Shown one piece after another: positions 38,127-52,267 of a DNA stretch of 64,000 bases; position 1 is the first letter of the stretch; every line of letters begins with the position of its first letter. The notes below the pieces were generated by a model. That model was not told the DNA's origin. It searched no databases and saw nothing but the letters and a program-made list of their open reading frames with translations. The stretch is from Octopus vulgaris (lineage: Eukaryota), in contig OX597838.1 in NCBI GenBank assembly GCA_951406725.2, positions 15,934,001 through 15,998,000 of the forward strand, given 5' to 3'. The position numbers and the translations under genes are program-made.

Positions 38127-38568
38127 AGAAGAGGAAGGAGAAGATGAAAATAAAGATGAAGAAAAGAAGAAGTAAGAAGAAGGAGAAGAAGAAGAAGAAA
38201 GAGAAGAAGAAAAAAAGAAGAAAGAAAAGAAGAAGAAAGAAGAAGAAGAAGAAGAAGAGAAGAAGAAGAAAGAGAAGAAGAAGAAGAAGAAGAAGAAGAA
38301 GAAGAGGAAAGAAAAGAAGAAGGAAAAGGAAGAGAAGATGATGATGGTGATGATGGTGAAGAAGGAGGAGAAAGAGAAGAGAGAAGAAGAGGAGGCGATG
38401 AAGACGGAGAAAGAGAAGAAGAAGAAGAAGAAGAAGAAGAAGAAGAAGAAAGACGTTGATGATGATGAAGGAGAAGAAAGTAAAAGAAAAAGAAGAAAGA
38501 GAAGAGAGAAGGAGGAAGAGATGAAGAAGAAGGAGGAGGAGAAGTCGATGACGACGATGACAGAAGAC
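38127..38568. repeat. (GAA)n-rich purine tract
   Basis: Direct inspection; similar tract at 60480-60830. Confidence 0.9.
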
Positions 38569-38963
38569 ATCTAGATTAAATGCACTTAATAACCTCCAGC
38601 GTACGCCTGATGTCCCCTGATCAATAAAGCCTGCTTAGCCTTGACTTATCTCACACACATACACACACATTCATGCATGTATACAAATACACACACACAC
38701 ACACACACATTCATGCATGTATACAAATATACACACACACATCTATATTTATTTACGCATCCACACGCCTACTTCACACACACACACACACACACACACA
38801 TGCTTATATACAGACTCACACACATACACATACACGCACACGCACACGTACACACACGCAGCTACGTATGAACATACAAACATACATATCTAAACAAACA
38901 CACGCACACACACACTTACATAGATAGAATCACTCCCCTACACACACATACAGACACACACAC

Positions 38964-39002
<39 letters not shown>

Positions 39003-39020
39003 TAGATAGAATCACTCCCC

Positions 39021-39073
<53 letters not shown>

Positions 39074-40820
39074 TTACACATACATTATTACGCTGCCACC
39101 GACAACCGATAGGGTCACGTGGTAAGCGTCATTGTCCCAGATATATATTTGCTCATTTATTTCGTTAACGTTGTTGTTATTGACGTTCTTCCTTCTTCTT
39201 CTTCTTCTTCTTCTTATTATTATTATTCTTATTATTATTATTATTATTAATTTTTTTTTTATTCGTCAGGTCCTTTTCCAACCAACCAACCAACCACTTA
39301 CCGGTCTTCCCCTTCTGCCAACATCCTCCCTCACCCTTCTCTCCTTCCCTACTCGCCTTTCGCCCTTCATACATCCGGGCACTTAAGTGAAAAAAAGAAA
39401 AAGTAACTAAAAAAAAATAAAGAAAAACGGAGGGGACTGCGTGCAAACACGACCTTACTCTCCGCCCTGCCCCCTTTCCCACATCACTCACGGGTTTCCT
39501 TGTCCATCGCTTCACCACCGTCGCCCCTTCTCCTTTACCGTTGTCATCACCATTACCGCCGCCGTCGTCATCTCCTCCTCCTCCTCCTCCACCACCACCA
39601 CCACCATCGTACTACTGCCACCATAAGCACCACTGGCACTGCCACCGCTGCCACTAATGGCACTCATCATCGTTACATTTATCTCACCGCCACCCCATCG
39701 CCACCATCACCATCACAATAACCACCACCACCACCGCTGCCACCACTACAATCACCGCTACACCATTATCTCCACCACCGCCCCCTCCACCTCCACCACC
39801 GCCGCCGCCGCCTCCACCACCGCCGCCGCCTCCACCACCACCACCACCACACAACTACTACTATTACTACCGCGATGACCATCACAACTACACCACCATC
39901 TTTACCACCTACATTATCTCCAGCACCACCACCACCATTACCACAACCACCACCACCGTCACCATCACTACCTCCACCATCATCACCATCACTGCATCCT
40001 CCACCACCACCGACATGATTACCACTACTCTCATCATCATTACCATCACCACCGCCAACAACAATAGCAACCGATTATGGAGCTTAACAACTGCAGCAAC
40101 AATAATAACAACAACAGCAACAACAACGACATCAGCAATGAGGGAGGAATGGTTATTGACCATCTATAGAGTACAAAGTTTAATCTTTTCAATAATTGCA
40201 ATAAAGGAGGTGAATTGGCCGCGGTAGTAAAGTGGCGAACAAAATGCTGCCTAGTGGTATATTGTTATGATCTGGGTTCAAATCCAGCCGAAGTCATCTT
40301 AACTTTCATCTTTCCAGGGGACCGAATAACAACGTACAAGTTGTCTTCTGGAACTGATATAAATGAGTGAATCCTTTCCCCACCTCCCAAAATTTTTATC
40401 TTTGGGACTATTTAGGAAAATCATTACCGGAAAGACAAGAGGAGTTTGTAAAATGATACGATATGCGATAAATTGACATTTGAATACAAATAGAACTTCG
40501 CAAAAATGCATATATATATATATATATTTCTATTTTTTGTTTCTTGAATTTATATTCGTGTGGCATCCTGTCTTTGTTTCGTATACATTCGATCCTCTTT
40601 CCAAGAAATCTAATGCCTGTGGCTTAGTTTTTCCTTGGGGCTGGCCGGTTCGGAGTGATATCGAGATTAAACAGCCGAAATTGCTAAGATGATCCGGTTC
40701 CGACTGAAGATTAGAGGCTTCGAGTGACCCGTCTGTTTTTTTTGTGTCGTCTCTTTGTGTGTTTTTTGCGTTCTTGTCCCACTTTGTAATTTATATTTTA
40801 TATTTAATTTCTATACATAC

Positions 40821-40863
<43 letters not shown>

Positions 40864-41156
40864 GGCGCAGGCGAAGCTGCCTAGTAAGAAGCTTGTTTCC
40901 CGACCACATGGCTTCGGATTCATCAGTCCCACTACATGGTACTTTGGGCAATTGTCTACTACTATAGCCTCGGATCGACCAAAGTCTTGTGAGTGAATTT
41001 AGTAGACAGAAACTAAAAGAAGCTTGTGGGCTATGCTCGAAACGTAAAACAACCACTCTTTTCTTTCTCTGAGCGTCTTATTAATACCTTACATGTGTTA
41101 CGCCCTCACATTGCGTTTTTCTTGTCTTTTTCTCGTTTTTTTTAAAAAAAATTAAC

Positions 41157-41262
41157 TATCAGGTCATCCCATAAGTTCTGTCCGAATTTTGAATAAAGAA
41201 AACAAGTGATCAAATGTTATATTTAATTGAAATTTAATCATCAGTGTACTTTCCCTGATTAT
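41157..41262. mobile_element. Mariner-like terminal fragment
   Basis: TATCAGGTCATCCCATAAGTTCTGTCCG resembles a TA-flanked mariner TIR. Confidence 0.5.
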
Positions 41263-41263
41263 C

Positions 41264-41638
41264 TTACCAACTACATGGTTCCGGATTCAGTCCCACTGCG
41301 TGGCACCTTGTACAAATGTCTTCTGCTATAGCCTCGGACCGACCAAAGGCTTATGAGTAGATATGGTAGACGGAAACTAAAAAAAAGCCCGTTGTATATA
41401 CATGTGTGTGTGTGTGTGTGTGTTTGTGTTTGTTTATGTATGTCTGAGTTTGACCCCCCACCATCGCTTGACAACTGATGTCGGTGTGTTTACGTCCACG
41501 TAACTTAGCGGTTCAGCAGAAGAGACCAATAGGATAAGTACTAGGTTTACAAAGAATAAGTCGTGGGGTTGATTTGTTCGACTAAAGGTGATGCTCCAGC
41601 ATGGACGCAGTCAAAATGACTGAAACAAATAAAAGAAT
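41264..41638 (+). mobile_element. SINE family A, 5' truncated
   Basis: Homology to the consensus. Confidence 0.88.
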
Positions 41639-41699
41639 AATCGAGATAACCGATGTATTCGCTTTGGCATTAATATGTAAAGCGTGACCTATGGCATGA

Positions 41700-42400
41700 T
41701 AATGGTTTAGACTCTGTAGAAACAATACTGAAGAAGGCGGCGAGCTGGCAGAAACGTTAGCGCGCCGGGTGAAATGCTTAGCAGTATTTCGTCTGCCATT
41801 ACGTTCTGAGTTCAAATTCCGCCCAGGTCGACTTTGCCTTTCATCCTTTCAGGGTCGATTAAATTTGTACCAGTTACGCACTGGGGTCGATATAATCGAC
41901 TTAATACGTTTGTCTGTCCTTGTTTGTTCCGTCTGCGTTTAGCCCCTTGTGGGTAGTAAAGAAATAGGTATTTCGTCTGCCGCTATGTTCCGAGTTCAAA
42001 TTCCGCCGAGGTCGACTTTGCCTTTCATCCTTTCAGGGGTCGAGCAATCAAGTACCAGTTACGCACTGGATTCGATGTAATCGACTTAATCCCTTTGTCT
42101 GTCCTTGTCTGTCCCCTCTATGTTTAGCCCCTTGTGGGCAATAAAGAAATAAGAAACAATACTGAAGATGTGGCTTATATTGTCAGCAGCTGTCCCCAAA
42201 AGATTTCACGATAGAATCTGCCTAAGTGACATGATGTCATGACTGAAACACCGTCCAGTTGTTTTTGGGAAAGGGATATTCTTGGAGGTACAAATACAGG
42301 AAGTCACAGTGATGTGGATGGAAACTAATTTATAATATGAAAGAAAACTGGTTGAACGTTCCTATGAAAACGTTTGTTAAGAGTCGATACAACAGACTGT
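41700..42400 (+). pseudogene. R4-clade LINE fragment (zinc knuckle to RLE) split by SINE insertions
   Basis: Removing the SINE B dimer and one TSD gives FRLCRNNTEDVAYIVSSC; later ENWLNVPMKTFVKSRYNR. Homologous to 7950-8200. Confidence 0.65.
41733..42152 (+). mobile_element. SINE family B dimer inside one TSD
   Basis: Full unit plus a head-less unit starting GGTATTTCGTCTGCC (about 41967); 16-bp TSD AGAAACAATACTGAAG on both sides. Confidence 0.9.
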
Positions 42401-42778
42401 GGAGGCGCAATGGCCCAGTGGTTAGGGCAGCGGACTCGCGGTCGGAGGATCGCAGTTTCGATTCCCAGACCAGGCATTGTGAGTGTTTATTGAGCGAAAA
42501 CACCTAAAGCTCCACGAGGCTCCGGCAGGGGGGGGTGAACCCTGCTGTACTCTTTCACCACAACTTTCTCTCGCTCTTTCTTCCTGTTTCTGTTGTACCT
42601 GTATTTCAAAGGGCCAGCCTTGTCACACTCTGTGTCACGCTGAATCTCCTCGAGAACTACGTTAAGGGTACACGTGTCTGTGGAGTGCTCAGCCACTTGC
42701 ACGTTAATATCACGAGCAAGCTGTTCCGTTGATCGTATCAGCTGGGACCCTCATCGTCGCAACCGACGGAGTGCTCCT
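42398..42778 (+). mobile_element. SINE family C
   Basis: Consensus match; TSD TACAACAGACTG. Confidence 0.92.
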
Positions 42779-43014
42779 ACAACAGACTGAACAAAATACT
42801 CTGAGAGAGTAAGGGTGGGAAGAAAACGAGAAAGAAAAGGAGAGAGAAGGAGAGAGAGAGAGAATGTGCAATGTAATAGAAATTAGATGGTCATCAAAAG
42901 TGAATACGTTAAAGATAAAAAGATAAAGAAAACCTTTTTTGGCGAACTATTGAGAAATTTGTTGATATTGCAATTGGACAATAACTTTAGATTTATACTT
43001 GCAAATATTCGGGC

Positions 43015-43312
43015 GTGGAGGCACATGGCCTATTGGTTAGATCAGCGGACTCGCGGTCGAGGTATCGAGGGTTCGAATTTCAGACCGGACGATGTGTGTG
43101 TTTATGAGCGAAACACCTAAGCTCCACGCAGCTCCGGCAGAAGGTAATGGCGAACTTCTGCTGACTCTTTCGCCACAACTTTCTCTCACTCTTTCCTCCT
43201 GCATTTTGCAGCTCACCTGCGACGGACCGGCGTCCCGTCCAGGTGGAGAACCTATACGCCAAGGAAACCAGGAAACCGGACCTTATGAGCCAGGCGTGAC
43301 TCGAGAAGGAAC
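43015..43312 (+). mobile_element. SINE family D
   Basis: Homologous to 21086-21378. Confidence 0.9.
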
Positions 43313-43376
43313 ACACAACAAACACATACATGGGTCAAAACATACTAATCCACACATGCAACGGATATGTATGGAC

Positions 43377-43426
<50 letters not shown>

Positions 43427-44089
43427 GTACATATATGTATGTATGTGTATATGTATGTATGTGTGTATGTGTGTGTGTGTATGTGTACACGCGTATACAT
43501 ATACAGATAAATGCAGGCATAAATGAATAACAAATTGATGTCTATATTTCAAGGAAAATGTCAAGTTTCTATTTTGGAAACCGGTTATTTTTTATTGGTG
43601 GGAAATGAAAAATGAAGCCAAAAGTACAAACATACATGCCTGCCTGCATACATGCATACATACATGCATGCATACATGTGTACGTATATACATACATGCA
43701 TGCATAGAGACATAAATGCCGACATATATGCATATATATACATACATATGTTTTTATCATTTTCCTCTGCAATTATGCCAACCTAATTGACCCTAGATAA
43801 GTAACAGCTATTCTTTCTCTCCAAAACTAACCAAATAAAACAGAAATAAGTAGCTGCCTCATCCCAGTTCATATGACCAGACATCATAATTTCCTACGAC
43901 TGTAACAGGACAAGGAAATTGTGAATTTTTTCAAACAGGCTTAAGGTAACCTTCTTAAGGCTCAGAAATATAGTCTTTGTAAACAAACCATTTTAGACTT
44001 TATACCTCTCTCCTCGTCTACTGAGCAATCTATGTTTCTATTGTTATGTGTCATTGTGAGATAAGGACCACAGACAACCACCAGCGTAA

Positions 44090-44335
44090 ATATCTTACAA
44101 AGTGGAGCAGATATATGCTGTGGTCGCTAAATGAACCTTTCACTCACCTGGCGAGATAAGATTACACAGATAATCCCTCCATCGAATCAACTCGAGCCAC
44201 AAGAATCAAATCGAGATGCCTAGGGTAAATACTGCGCATGTCTGACTCGCATCTCTCTCGTAACATACTCTATGACCAGCAACACCAGGGTCAAAGCCTG
44301 GACGGTGGCCAAAATACGTTGTTCAAAACCCAAAA
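44090..44335 (+). pseudogene. RTE-clade LINE fragment (end of RT region)
   Basis: LTWRDKIT..PSIES..LG*ILRMSDSHLSRNILYDQQHQGQSLDGGQ resembles the RTE W.GH..RM...R.P...LYG.L..G.R..G motif. Confidence 0.7.
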
Positions 44336-44451
44336 GACATGTATAGCGACGTATACATATTTTTATGTATACAATACATTAGACATTTTAAATTTGGCGG
44401 AGCCTATCATCCTTCACACATAACCTCAAAGCACTTTTCCAAGAAGGGATT

Positions 44452-44484
<33 letters not shown>

Positions 44485-44797
44485 GGGGATGGCGGGAAAG
44501 TGAGAGAGAGAGAGTGTGTGAGAGAGAGAGAGGGAGAGAGAACAATCAATCTTCCTTGTGGTGCTATTTTCAACTCGACAGAGCTTGAACTCAAAGACCG
44601 GAGAGCTGGAACCAGGAAGTATTGCATTTTATCCGAAGCTACAGCATCTCTCACAGTACACATACGCACGCCCAAACACCCAGGCACATATATGTGAGAA
44701 GGCATGTATGGACACATGCATGTATTAATGTATTAATGTATTTCTGCATATATATATGTATGTGTACATACATACATACATACATACATACATACAC

Positions 44798-44872
<75 letters not shown>

Positions 44873-44947
44873 AACATACATGCATGCACATATATATCTG
44901 TGTGTGTGTATATATGAAGATATATATGTATATATGTATATATATAT

Positions 44948-45343
44948 AGGCGCAGGAGTGGCTGTGTGGTAAGTAGCTTGCTAACCAACCACATGGTTCC
45001 GGGTTCAGTCCCACTGCGTGGCATCTTGGGCAAGTGTCTTCTGCTATAGCCCCGGGCCGACCAATGCCTTGTGAGTGGATTTGGTAGACGGAAACTGAAA
45101 GAAGCCCGTCGTACATATGTATATATATGTGTTTGTGTGTCTGTGTTTGTCCCCCTAGCATTGCTTGACAACCAATGCTGGTGTGTTTATGTCCCCGTTA
45201 CTTAGCGGTTCGGCAAAAGTGTCCGATAAAATTAGTACTGGGCTTACAAAAGAATAAATCCCGGGGTCGAGTTGCTCGATTAAAGGCGGTGCTCCAGCAG
45301 TCAAATGACTGAAACAAGTAAAAGAGTAAAAGAGTAAAGAGTA
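44948..45343 (+). mobile_element. SINE family A
   Basis: Full consensus. Confidence 0.92.
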
Positions 45344-45872
45344 TATATATATATATATATATGGTGTTCACCAACGCTGCTTGTTCAACTGAAGTGAAAT
45401 TAAGAGTTGAGGAAATACATGACTTATGGGTGTTTATTAGAAAAACATTGTGGTGTGGCTGTTTGCCTGAGATTATGTCTACGCTTATGTATGTATGCGC
45501 TGTAACATATTAAAATATATATATGTATGTATATATATATGTGTATATATATATATATATCTGTGTGTGTGAGTATACACACACACTCACTGAATGACAC
45601 TTATGTACGTATATATATATATATATATATATTTATGTATATATGTATGTGTATGTATATATATATATATATGTGTGTCTGTGTGTGTATGCATGTATGC
45701 ATGTATGTACGTATATATGCGTATGTGTATGCATATCTGATAACTAAAATTATATACAAGTAATTAAATATGTGTATATATAATATAAATTTGTAGGTAT
45801 GTTTTGTCTTGGGACTATATACAAGTTTAAACTTCTTGAACTTTGCTATACACATCTGTGTGTGTGTGTGTG

Positions 45873-45908
<36 letters not shown>

Positions 45909-46123
45909 CATATATATGGTAGATATACATAAATACTTTTACGTATATGACTGCTTATATGTATATATAAATGCCCACGCATACATACATAGATATATAC
46001 ATACATTTATATATACACACACACACACACACACAAAATATACCAATTCACCCCGTTGTTGTACATGGGGGTGCGACCTGTGTGATTTTAGTACGTGCAA
46101 TGTTTTCGTTTAATTGCTGCAAA

Positions 46124-46159
<36 letters not shown>

Positions 46160-46372
46160 CACACACACATATATATATGCGTATATATGTATACACACTG
46201 AATATGTATGTATATAAGTATGAATGTGTATGAGTATGTGGTGACTGTGTGTGGGTGTACTTTTGTATTATTGTTTACGTGATAAGTGTACACGCAGTTA
46301 CCCGGCCGGGGTAAACAACCAAAACTTCGACTACAGTTATATAACTACACTACACACAGACACACATGTAAG

Positions 46373-46403
<31 letters not shown>

Positions 46404-46546
46404 ACACCGACATTGCTATTTTTGTTTAAATTTAAGGAACATATGAACATAAGAAGAATGTACTGAAAATCGGAGAATCTAGCGGTGGAATTTCGACGTA
46501 AAAAAAAAAAAAAAGAAAAATGATATTTTTTATTATTATTTCATTA

Positions 46547-46586
<40 letters not shown>

Positions 46587-46765
46587 CATATCTCACATTT
46601 TCTTATCTACGTTTATCTATTACTGATTACTCATACATTGTTCCATGAGACCTTTCCATTATTTTCGTGATTTTAATTTCACCGACGCCCTCCGTACTCA
46701 GTTTCATGTTATGAGTTGCAATATTTTTGTTGTTTCCCTAAAGGTTCCCTTCCCACCATTTACAC

Positions 46766-46804
<39 letters not shown>

Positions 46805-46842
46805 CACGCACGCACACATGCACACTCATACACGTGTATATA

Positions 46843-47025
46843 TAGCGGTATTTCGTCTGTCGTTACGTTCTGAGTTCAAATTCCGCTGAGGTCGACTTTG
46901 TCTTTCATCCTTTCGGGGTCGATAAATAAAGTACCAGTTTAGCACTTGGATCGATGTAATCGACTTAATACCTATGTCTGTCCTTGATTGTCCCCTCTAT
47001 GTTTAGCCCCTTGTGGGCAATAAAG

Positions 47026-47030
<5 letters not shown>
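46843..47030 (+). mobile_element. SINE family B, 5' truncated
   Basis: Starts TAGCGGTATTTCGTCTG; body and tail intact. Confidence 0.9.
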
Positions 47031-47080
<50 letters not shown>

Positions 47081-47235
47081 GTATATATATATACATATAT
47101 ACATCCCAATTTTAAGTTTCTTCTTTGTTGCTACTTATATATGTAGTATATTTTGTCTTGTATTCATTTATTGGGTCTAGACAATAGATTGCAACCCTGG
47201 TGGGGCAGAGTCTTCAAGCTGGTTTTAAGCGATTA

Positions 47236-47320
47236 CCGTATATACCGGCGTACAGGACGGAACCTGAATTTTAAAAAATCACCCCAGAACTAGGGGGTCG
47301 TCTTATATACTCCGTATAAA
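47236..47320 (+). mobile_element. Tc2/pogo-like DNA transposon terminus
   Basis: TA-CCGTATATACCGGCGTACAGGACG..GGGGTCGTCTTATA resembles CCGTA-starting TcMar TIRs. Confidence 0.5.
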
Positions 47321-47551
47321 ACCTGAGCCTTAACAACCTGTAGTTTAGAGTAGAACCAATGTCAAAGGAGAACACTGTAACGCACTCGCATCGATCCTAT
47401 GGTTCTACAGCGCAGTGTTTTCTATTGATATTCGCACATATCGATGGAGAACACCGTAAAACACTCACATAGATCCTACTGATACTTACACAGATGTTTG
47501 GGATGCTGAATTACTAGTAAGTTTATATTAAAATGACAGCACGGCAAACTT

Positions 47552-47932
47552 AGCGTAGGAGTGGCTGTGTGGTAAGTAGCTTGTTTACCAACCACATGGT
47601 TCCGGGTTCAGTCCCACTGCGCGGCACCTTGGGCAAGTGGCTTCTAATATAGCCTTGGGCCCACCAAAGACTTTTGAGTGGATTTGGTAGACGGAAACTG
47701 AAAGAAGCCCGTCGTATATGTATATATATATGTGTGTGTGTTTGTCCCCCAACATCGCTTAACCGATGCTGGTGTGTTTACGTCCCCGTAACTTAGCGGT
47801 TCGGTAAAAAAGACCGATAGAATAAGTACTAGGCTTACAAAGAATAAGTCCCGGGGTCGATTTGTTCAACTAAAGGCAGTGCTCCAGCATGCCGCAGTCA
47901 AATGACTGAAACAAGTAAAAGAGTAAAAGAGT
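47552..47932 (+). mobile_element. SINE family A
   Basis: Consensus match. Confidence 0.92.
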
Positions 47933-48765
47933 ATGTATGTATGCATGCATGTATGTATGTATGCATGCATGTATGTATGCATGCATGTATGTATGCATGC
48001 ATGTATGTATGCATGCATGTATGTATGCATGCATGTATGTATGCATGCATGTATGTGTACAGGGTTAGAGTTTGTGTGTGTGTACGTACAGAGGATCGTT
48101 TCCTCAATCCTAACGGTTTCGCACGGTTGAACTCGTATCGGAAAGAGAAACGAGACAAAACGTTTTTATTGTAAGGTATTTTTCTGACTCTCTGACTATT
48201 CTGCTGATGATAGGCTGCCCTATGTTGAAGCTAGTTTTGAGCTATTATTCTTAGATGTTAAACCAAACCAAAGCTCGACCGATAGCTGGGATCTCAACTT
48301 ACTTTCTCTCTATACTGCTATATGCCTCTGTTTCTCACTCTCGCTACCTCTCTTACTTTCTCACTGACTCTCTTCTTTCACATTCTCTCTCTCTCTCTCT
48401 TTCTTTCTCGCCTTGCTTCTTTTTCTCCCGCCTCCCTCTCTCTCTCTCCCCCTCTTTTTTGCTCTGTTTCTCTCCAAGTCTTCTCAATCGTGCCCAGTCA
48501 TGTCCTGTTCTTGATGGTTTTTGTAAGATGCCCAGGCATCAGCGGAGTTGCGTGCAATCGCTGAAAAGCATGGCGGACAATCGAACTCATCATTACTTCC
48601 AACCCACTTCCTTTACACACCTGCCGCGTGCCACCGCTACCACCAATACCATCATCTCCCCACCCCGCTTCTTTTCTTTCCAAACCTTCTCTCGCTTTAC
48701 ACGTCTGTTTTACACATTCACACAACTTCTATACTTGAACAAGCATAGATGCATAAATACGCAAA

Positions 48766-49290
48766 TGCATACATACATACATACATACATACATACATAC
48801 ATACATACATACATACATACACACACATACATACATATATACATAATACATACATACATACATACATACACACATACACACGTACATACATACATACATA
48901 CATACATACACACATACACACGTACATACATACATACATACATACGTGCATACATACATACATACATACATATATACATAATACATACATACATACATAC
49001 ATACATACATACATACATACACACATACACACATACATACGTACATACATACATACGTACATACATACATACATATATACATAATACATACATACGTACA
49101 TACATACACATACACGCATACATACGTACATACATACATACATACATACATACATACATACATACATACATACATACATACATACATACGTACGTACGTA
49201 CGTACGTACATACATATATACATACATACATAATACATACATACGTACATACATACATACATACATACATACATACATACATACATAATA
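48766..49290. repeat. (TACA)n degenerate microsatellite
   Basis: Direct inspection. Confidence 0.95.
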
Positions 49291-49595
49291 CAAACAAAGA
49301 TAGACGAGTGTATACGTATGTATACGTTCAAATACATATGCATGTACACATTGCTACTAATAATGGCATCTACACATAAACACGCATGCATCCTAGTGCA
49401 TGTAGATACAAACGTGTGTGCGTGTATTCATGTACACACATATGTATGTGTGTGTATATATATGTATATATACATGTATGCACGCATGTGTGTATACTCA
49501 TACACAGACACACACACATATATGCAGATAGATATATAGATAGATGGACAGACAGACAGACCGACAGATAGATAGATAGACAGACAGACACAAAC

Positions 49596-49650
<55 letters not shown>

Positions 49651-50284
49651 CAAATAGACAGACCGACAGACAGACCGTTAGACAGACAGACCGACAGACA
49701 GACCGACCGACAGACAGACATATAGATAGATAGATAGATAGATAGATAGACATACATTAACCACAGCATTAGCTGCAACAGCAACCAAAAGCAACATAAC
49801 CAAACCAACAACGATCACCTTTCCACTAACAAACATTAAACACAACCTCAGCTACAACAACAACAGCAACAACAACAAACCGATGTCATTCACTATCACA
49901 CTACTATGACCACTCTCCACTACCGCCTCTACTGCTGCCACAACTATTATCTCTACAACCACCTGCTACTGACAGTAGTTCAAGTGACAGTATCATCTAA
50001 CCTCTTTCTCTTCCTCCATATCCCCCCATCCCACCCCACCCCCTCCATACTCAATCTATTGATCTGGGTTCATTCGGTGCACCATGCAAAGTTACTTCTG
50101 GACTTTGGCTTCATTAAAGACAGGTGATTCTTTCTTTCTTTCTTTCTTTCTCTCTCTCTTTCTTTCTTTCTCTCTTTCTTTCTTTCTTTCTTTCTTTCTA
50201 TCTCTCTTTCTTTCTCTCTCTCTTTCTTTCTTTCTTTCTCTCTTTCTTTCTTTCTTTCTTTCTTTCTCTCTCTCTCTTTCTTTC

Positions 50285-50320
<36 letters not shown>

Positions 50321-51120
50321 AGTTTCTCTCACTCTCTCGCTTTCCCTCTCTCTCTCTCGTTCTCCCCCTCTCCCTCACTCCCTCCGTACTAATGATGATA
50401 ATATTAACGATGGTAATGATGATGATGACGACGACGACGATGAATATGATGGTGCTGGTGTTATTGTTGATGATGATAATGACAACAATGACGTTGGTAG
50501 TGATAGTGGTGCTGGTGGTAGTCGTCATCATCATCGTCGTCGCTATTGTCATTGAGAGGCAGCTGCTGCTAACGATGATGATGGTTGCACTCACGGTGTT
50601 GATCACGGTAATGACAGCGATAATGACAACGGCGGAGGCGAAGATGACGACGACGACGATGGTGATGATGATGATGTTGATGATGACGTCGATAATAAAG
50701 ACGATGATGTTGAAGTACCGGTTGGTACGATGAATATGATGATGATGACGGTAGTGATCATGGTGATGATGATGATGACGGTAGTGATCATGATGATGAT
50801 GACGGTGACGATGATGATGATGATGATGATGATGTTGATGATGATGATGATAATCGTCGTAATAATGTTGGTGTTTGTAATGGCGGTGGTGGTGGTGTAG
50901 CATTAGTCGTCGTCGTAGTAAAAACAGTGACAATATTACTATAATGGGCGTTATGTCCGTCTGTTTGTCTCTTCCCTCTTCACGGTCAAACGACTGGACC
51001 AATGGTCACGAAGTTTTTCGGGATTACGAAGGAGGTAGTCAGGAAGGTTTTTAGCGAAAAAAAAATGTAAAAAAGTATTATTATTTAGTGGATATTGAGG
51101 GTAATTGTTCAGTTTACGAG

Positions 51121-51352
51121 AGCGGTGAGCTGGCAGAAACGTTAGCACGCCGGGCGAAATGCTAAGCGGTATTTCGTCTGCCGCTACGTTCTGAGTTCAA
51201 ATTCCGCCGAGGTCGACTTTGCCTTTCATCCTTCCGGGGTCGATTAAATAAGTACCAGTTACGCACTGGGGTCGATATAATCGACTTAATCCGTTTGTCT
51301 GTCCTTGTTTGTCCTCTCTGTGTTTAGCTCCTTGTGGGTAGTAAAAAAATAG
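51121..51352 (+). mobile_element. SINE family B
   Basis: Consensus match. Confidence 0.92.
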
Positions 51353-51362
51353 GTATACTACA

Positions 51363-51456
51363 CTTGTCTTGAAAGCCCTCGGCTTGTCTTGAAAGCCCTC
51401 GGCTTGTCTTGAAAGCCCTCGGCTTGTCTTGAAAGCCCTCGGCTTGTCTTGAAAGC
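51363..51456. repeat. Perfect 20-bp tandem repeat x4.7
   Basis: CTTGTCTTGAAAGCCCTCGG x4 followed by CTTGTCTTGAAAGC. Confidence 0.95.
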
Positions 51457-51645
51457 TCCACGAGGCTCCGGCAGGAGGTGGTGGCGACCCCTGTTATACT
51501 CTTTCGCCCCAACTTTCTCTCACTCTTTCTTCCTGTTTCTTGAGTAACGCTGCGATGGACTGGCGTCCCGTCCAGCTGGTGGGGGGAACACATACGCCAC
51601 AGAAACCGGGAAACCGATCCCATGAACCGGGCTTGAAAAGGGCGC
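51452..51645 (+). mobile_element. 5'-truncated family C/D-related SINE
   Basis: AAAGCTCCACGAGGCTCCGGCAGG..CTGCGATGGACTGGCGTCCCGTCCAG..GAAACCGGGAAACCG. Confidence 0.82.
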
Positions 51646-51689
51646 ATTAATAATAAATACTATAACACACACATACACATACACACACA

Positions 51690-52073
51690 TTGGAAGCACT
51701 CCGTCGGTTACGACGACGAGGGTTCCGGTTGATCCGATCAACGGAACAGCCTGCTCGTGAAATTAACGTGTAAGTGGCTGAGCACTCCACAGACACGTGC
51801 ACCCTTAACGTAGTTCTCGGGGATATTCAGCGTGACACAGAGAGTGACAAGGCCGGCCCTTTGAAATACAGGTACAACAGAAACAGGAAGTAAGAGTGAG
51901 AGAAAGTTGTGGTGAAAGAGCACAGCAGGGATCACCACCATCCCTGCCGGAGCCTCATGGAGCTTTAGGTGTTTTCGCTCAATAAACACTCACAACGCCC
52001 GGTCTGGGAATCGAAACCGCGATCCTATGACCGCGAGTCCGCTGCCCTAACCACTGGGCCATTGCGCCTCCAC
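51690..52073 (-). mobile_element. SINE family C
   Basis: Reverse complement of 9111-9497. Confidence 0.93.
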
Positions 52074-52267
52074 ATACACACACATACACATACAAACACA
52101 CACTCATTTGCACACGGATGCACAAATTGGTTTTAGCATGGTACATTATAGTCTTTATGTTTCGTTTTAGACCAGAGTTGATATAAGAGGGTATTTGTCT
52201 TCGACGTGGACTTGAAACTAAACCGTTGAATAAGAAACTCACCACTATATATTTTTTAAATAGATAT

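Noticed and set aside
38660-39025. Short local duplications among CA repeats (also 57470-57600)
   Set aside because: Ordinary slippage products in microsatellite context.
48255-49379. 374-aa ORF and the other long ORF-track entries (for example 2936-3769, 5503-6207, 23723-24364)
   Set aside because: Translations of microsatellites (HTYI, YLSI, poly-I, poly-T); no domain content.
51363-51456. Possible CRISPR-like array (also 29140-29275)
   Set aside because: Contiguous repeats with no unique spacers, no cas genes, animal genome.
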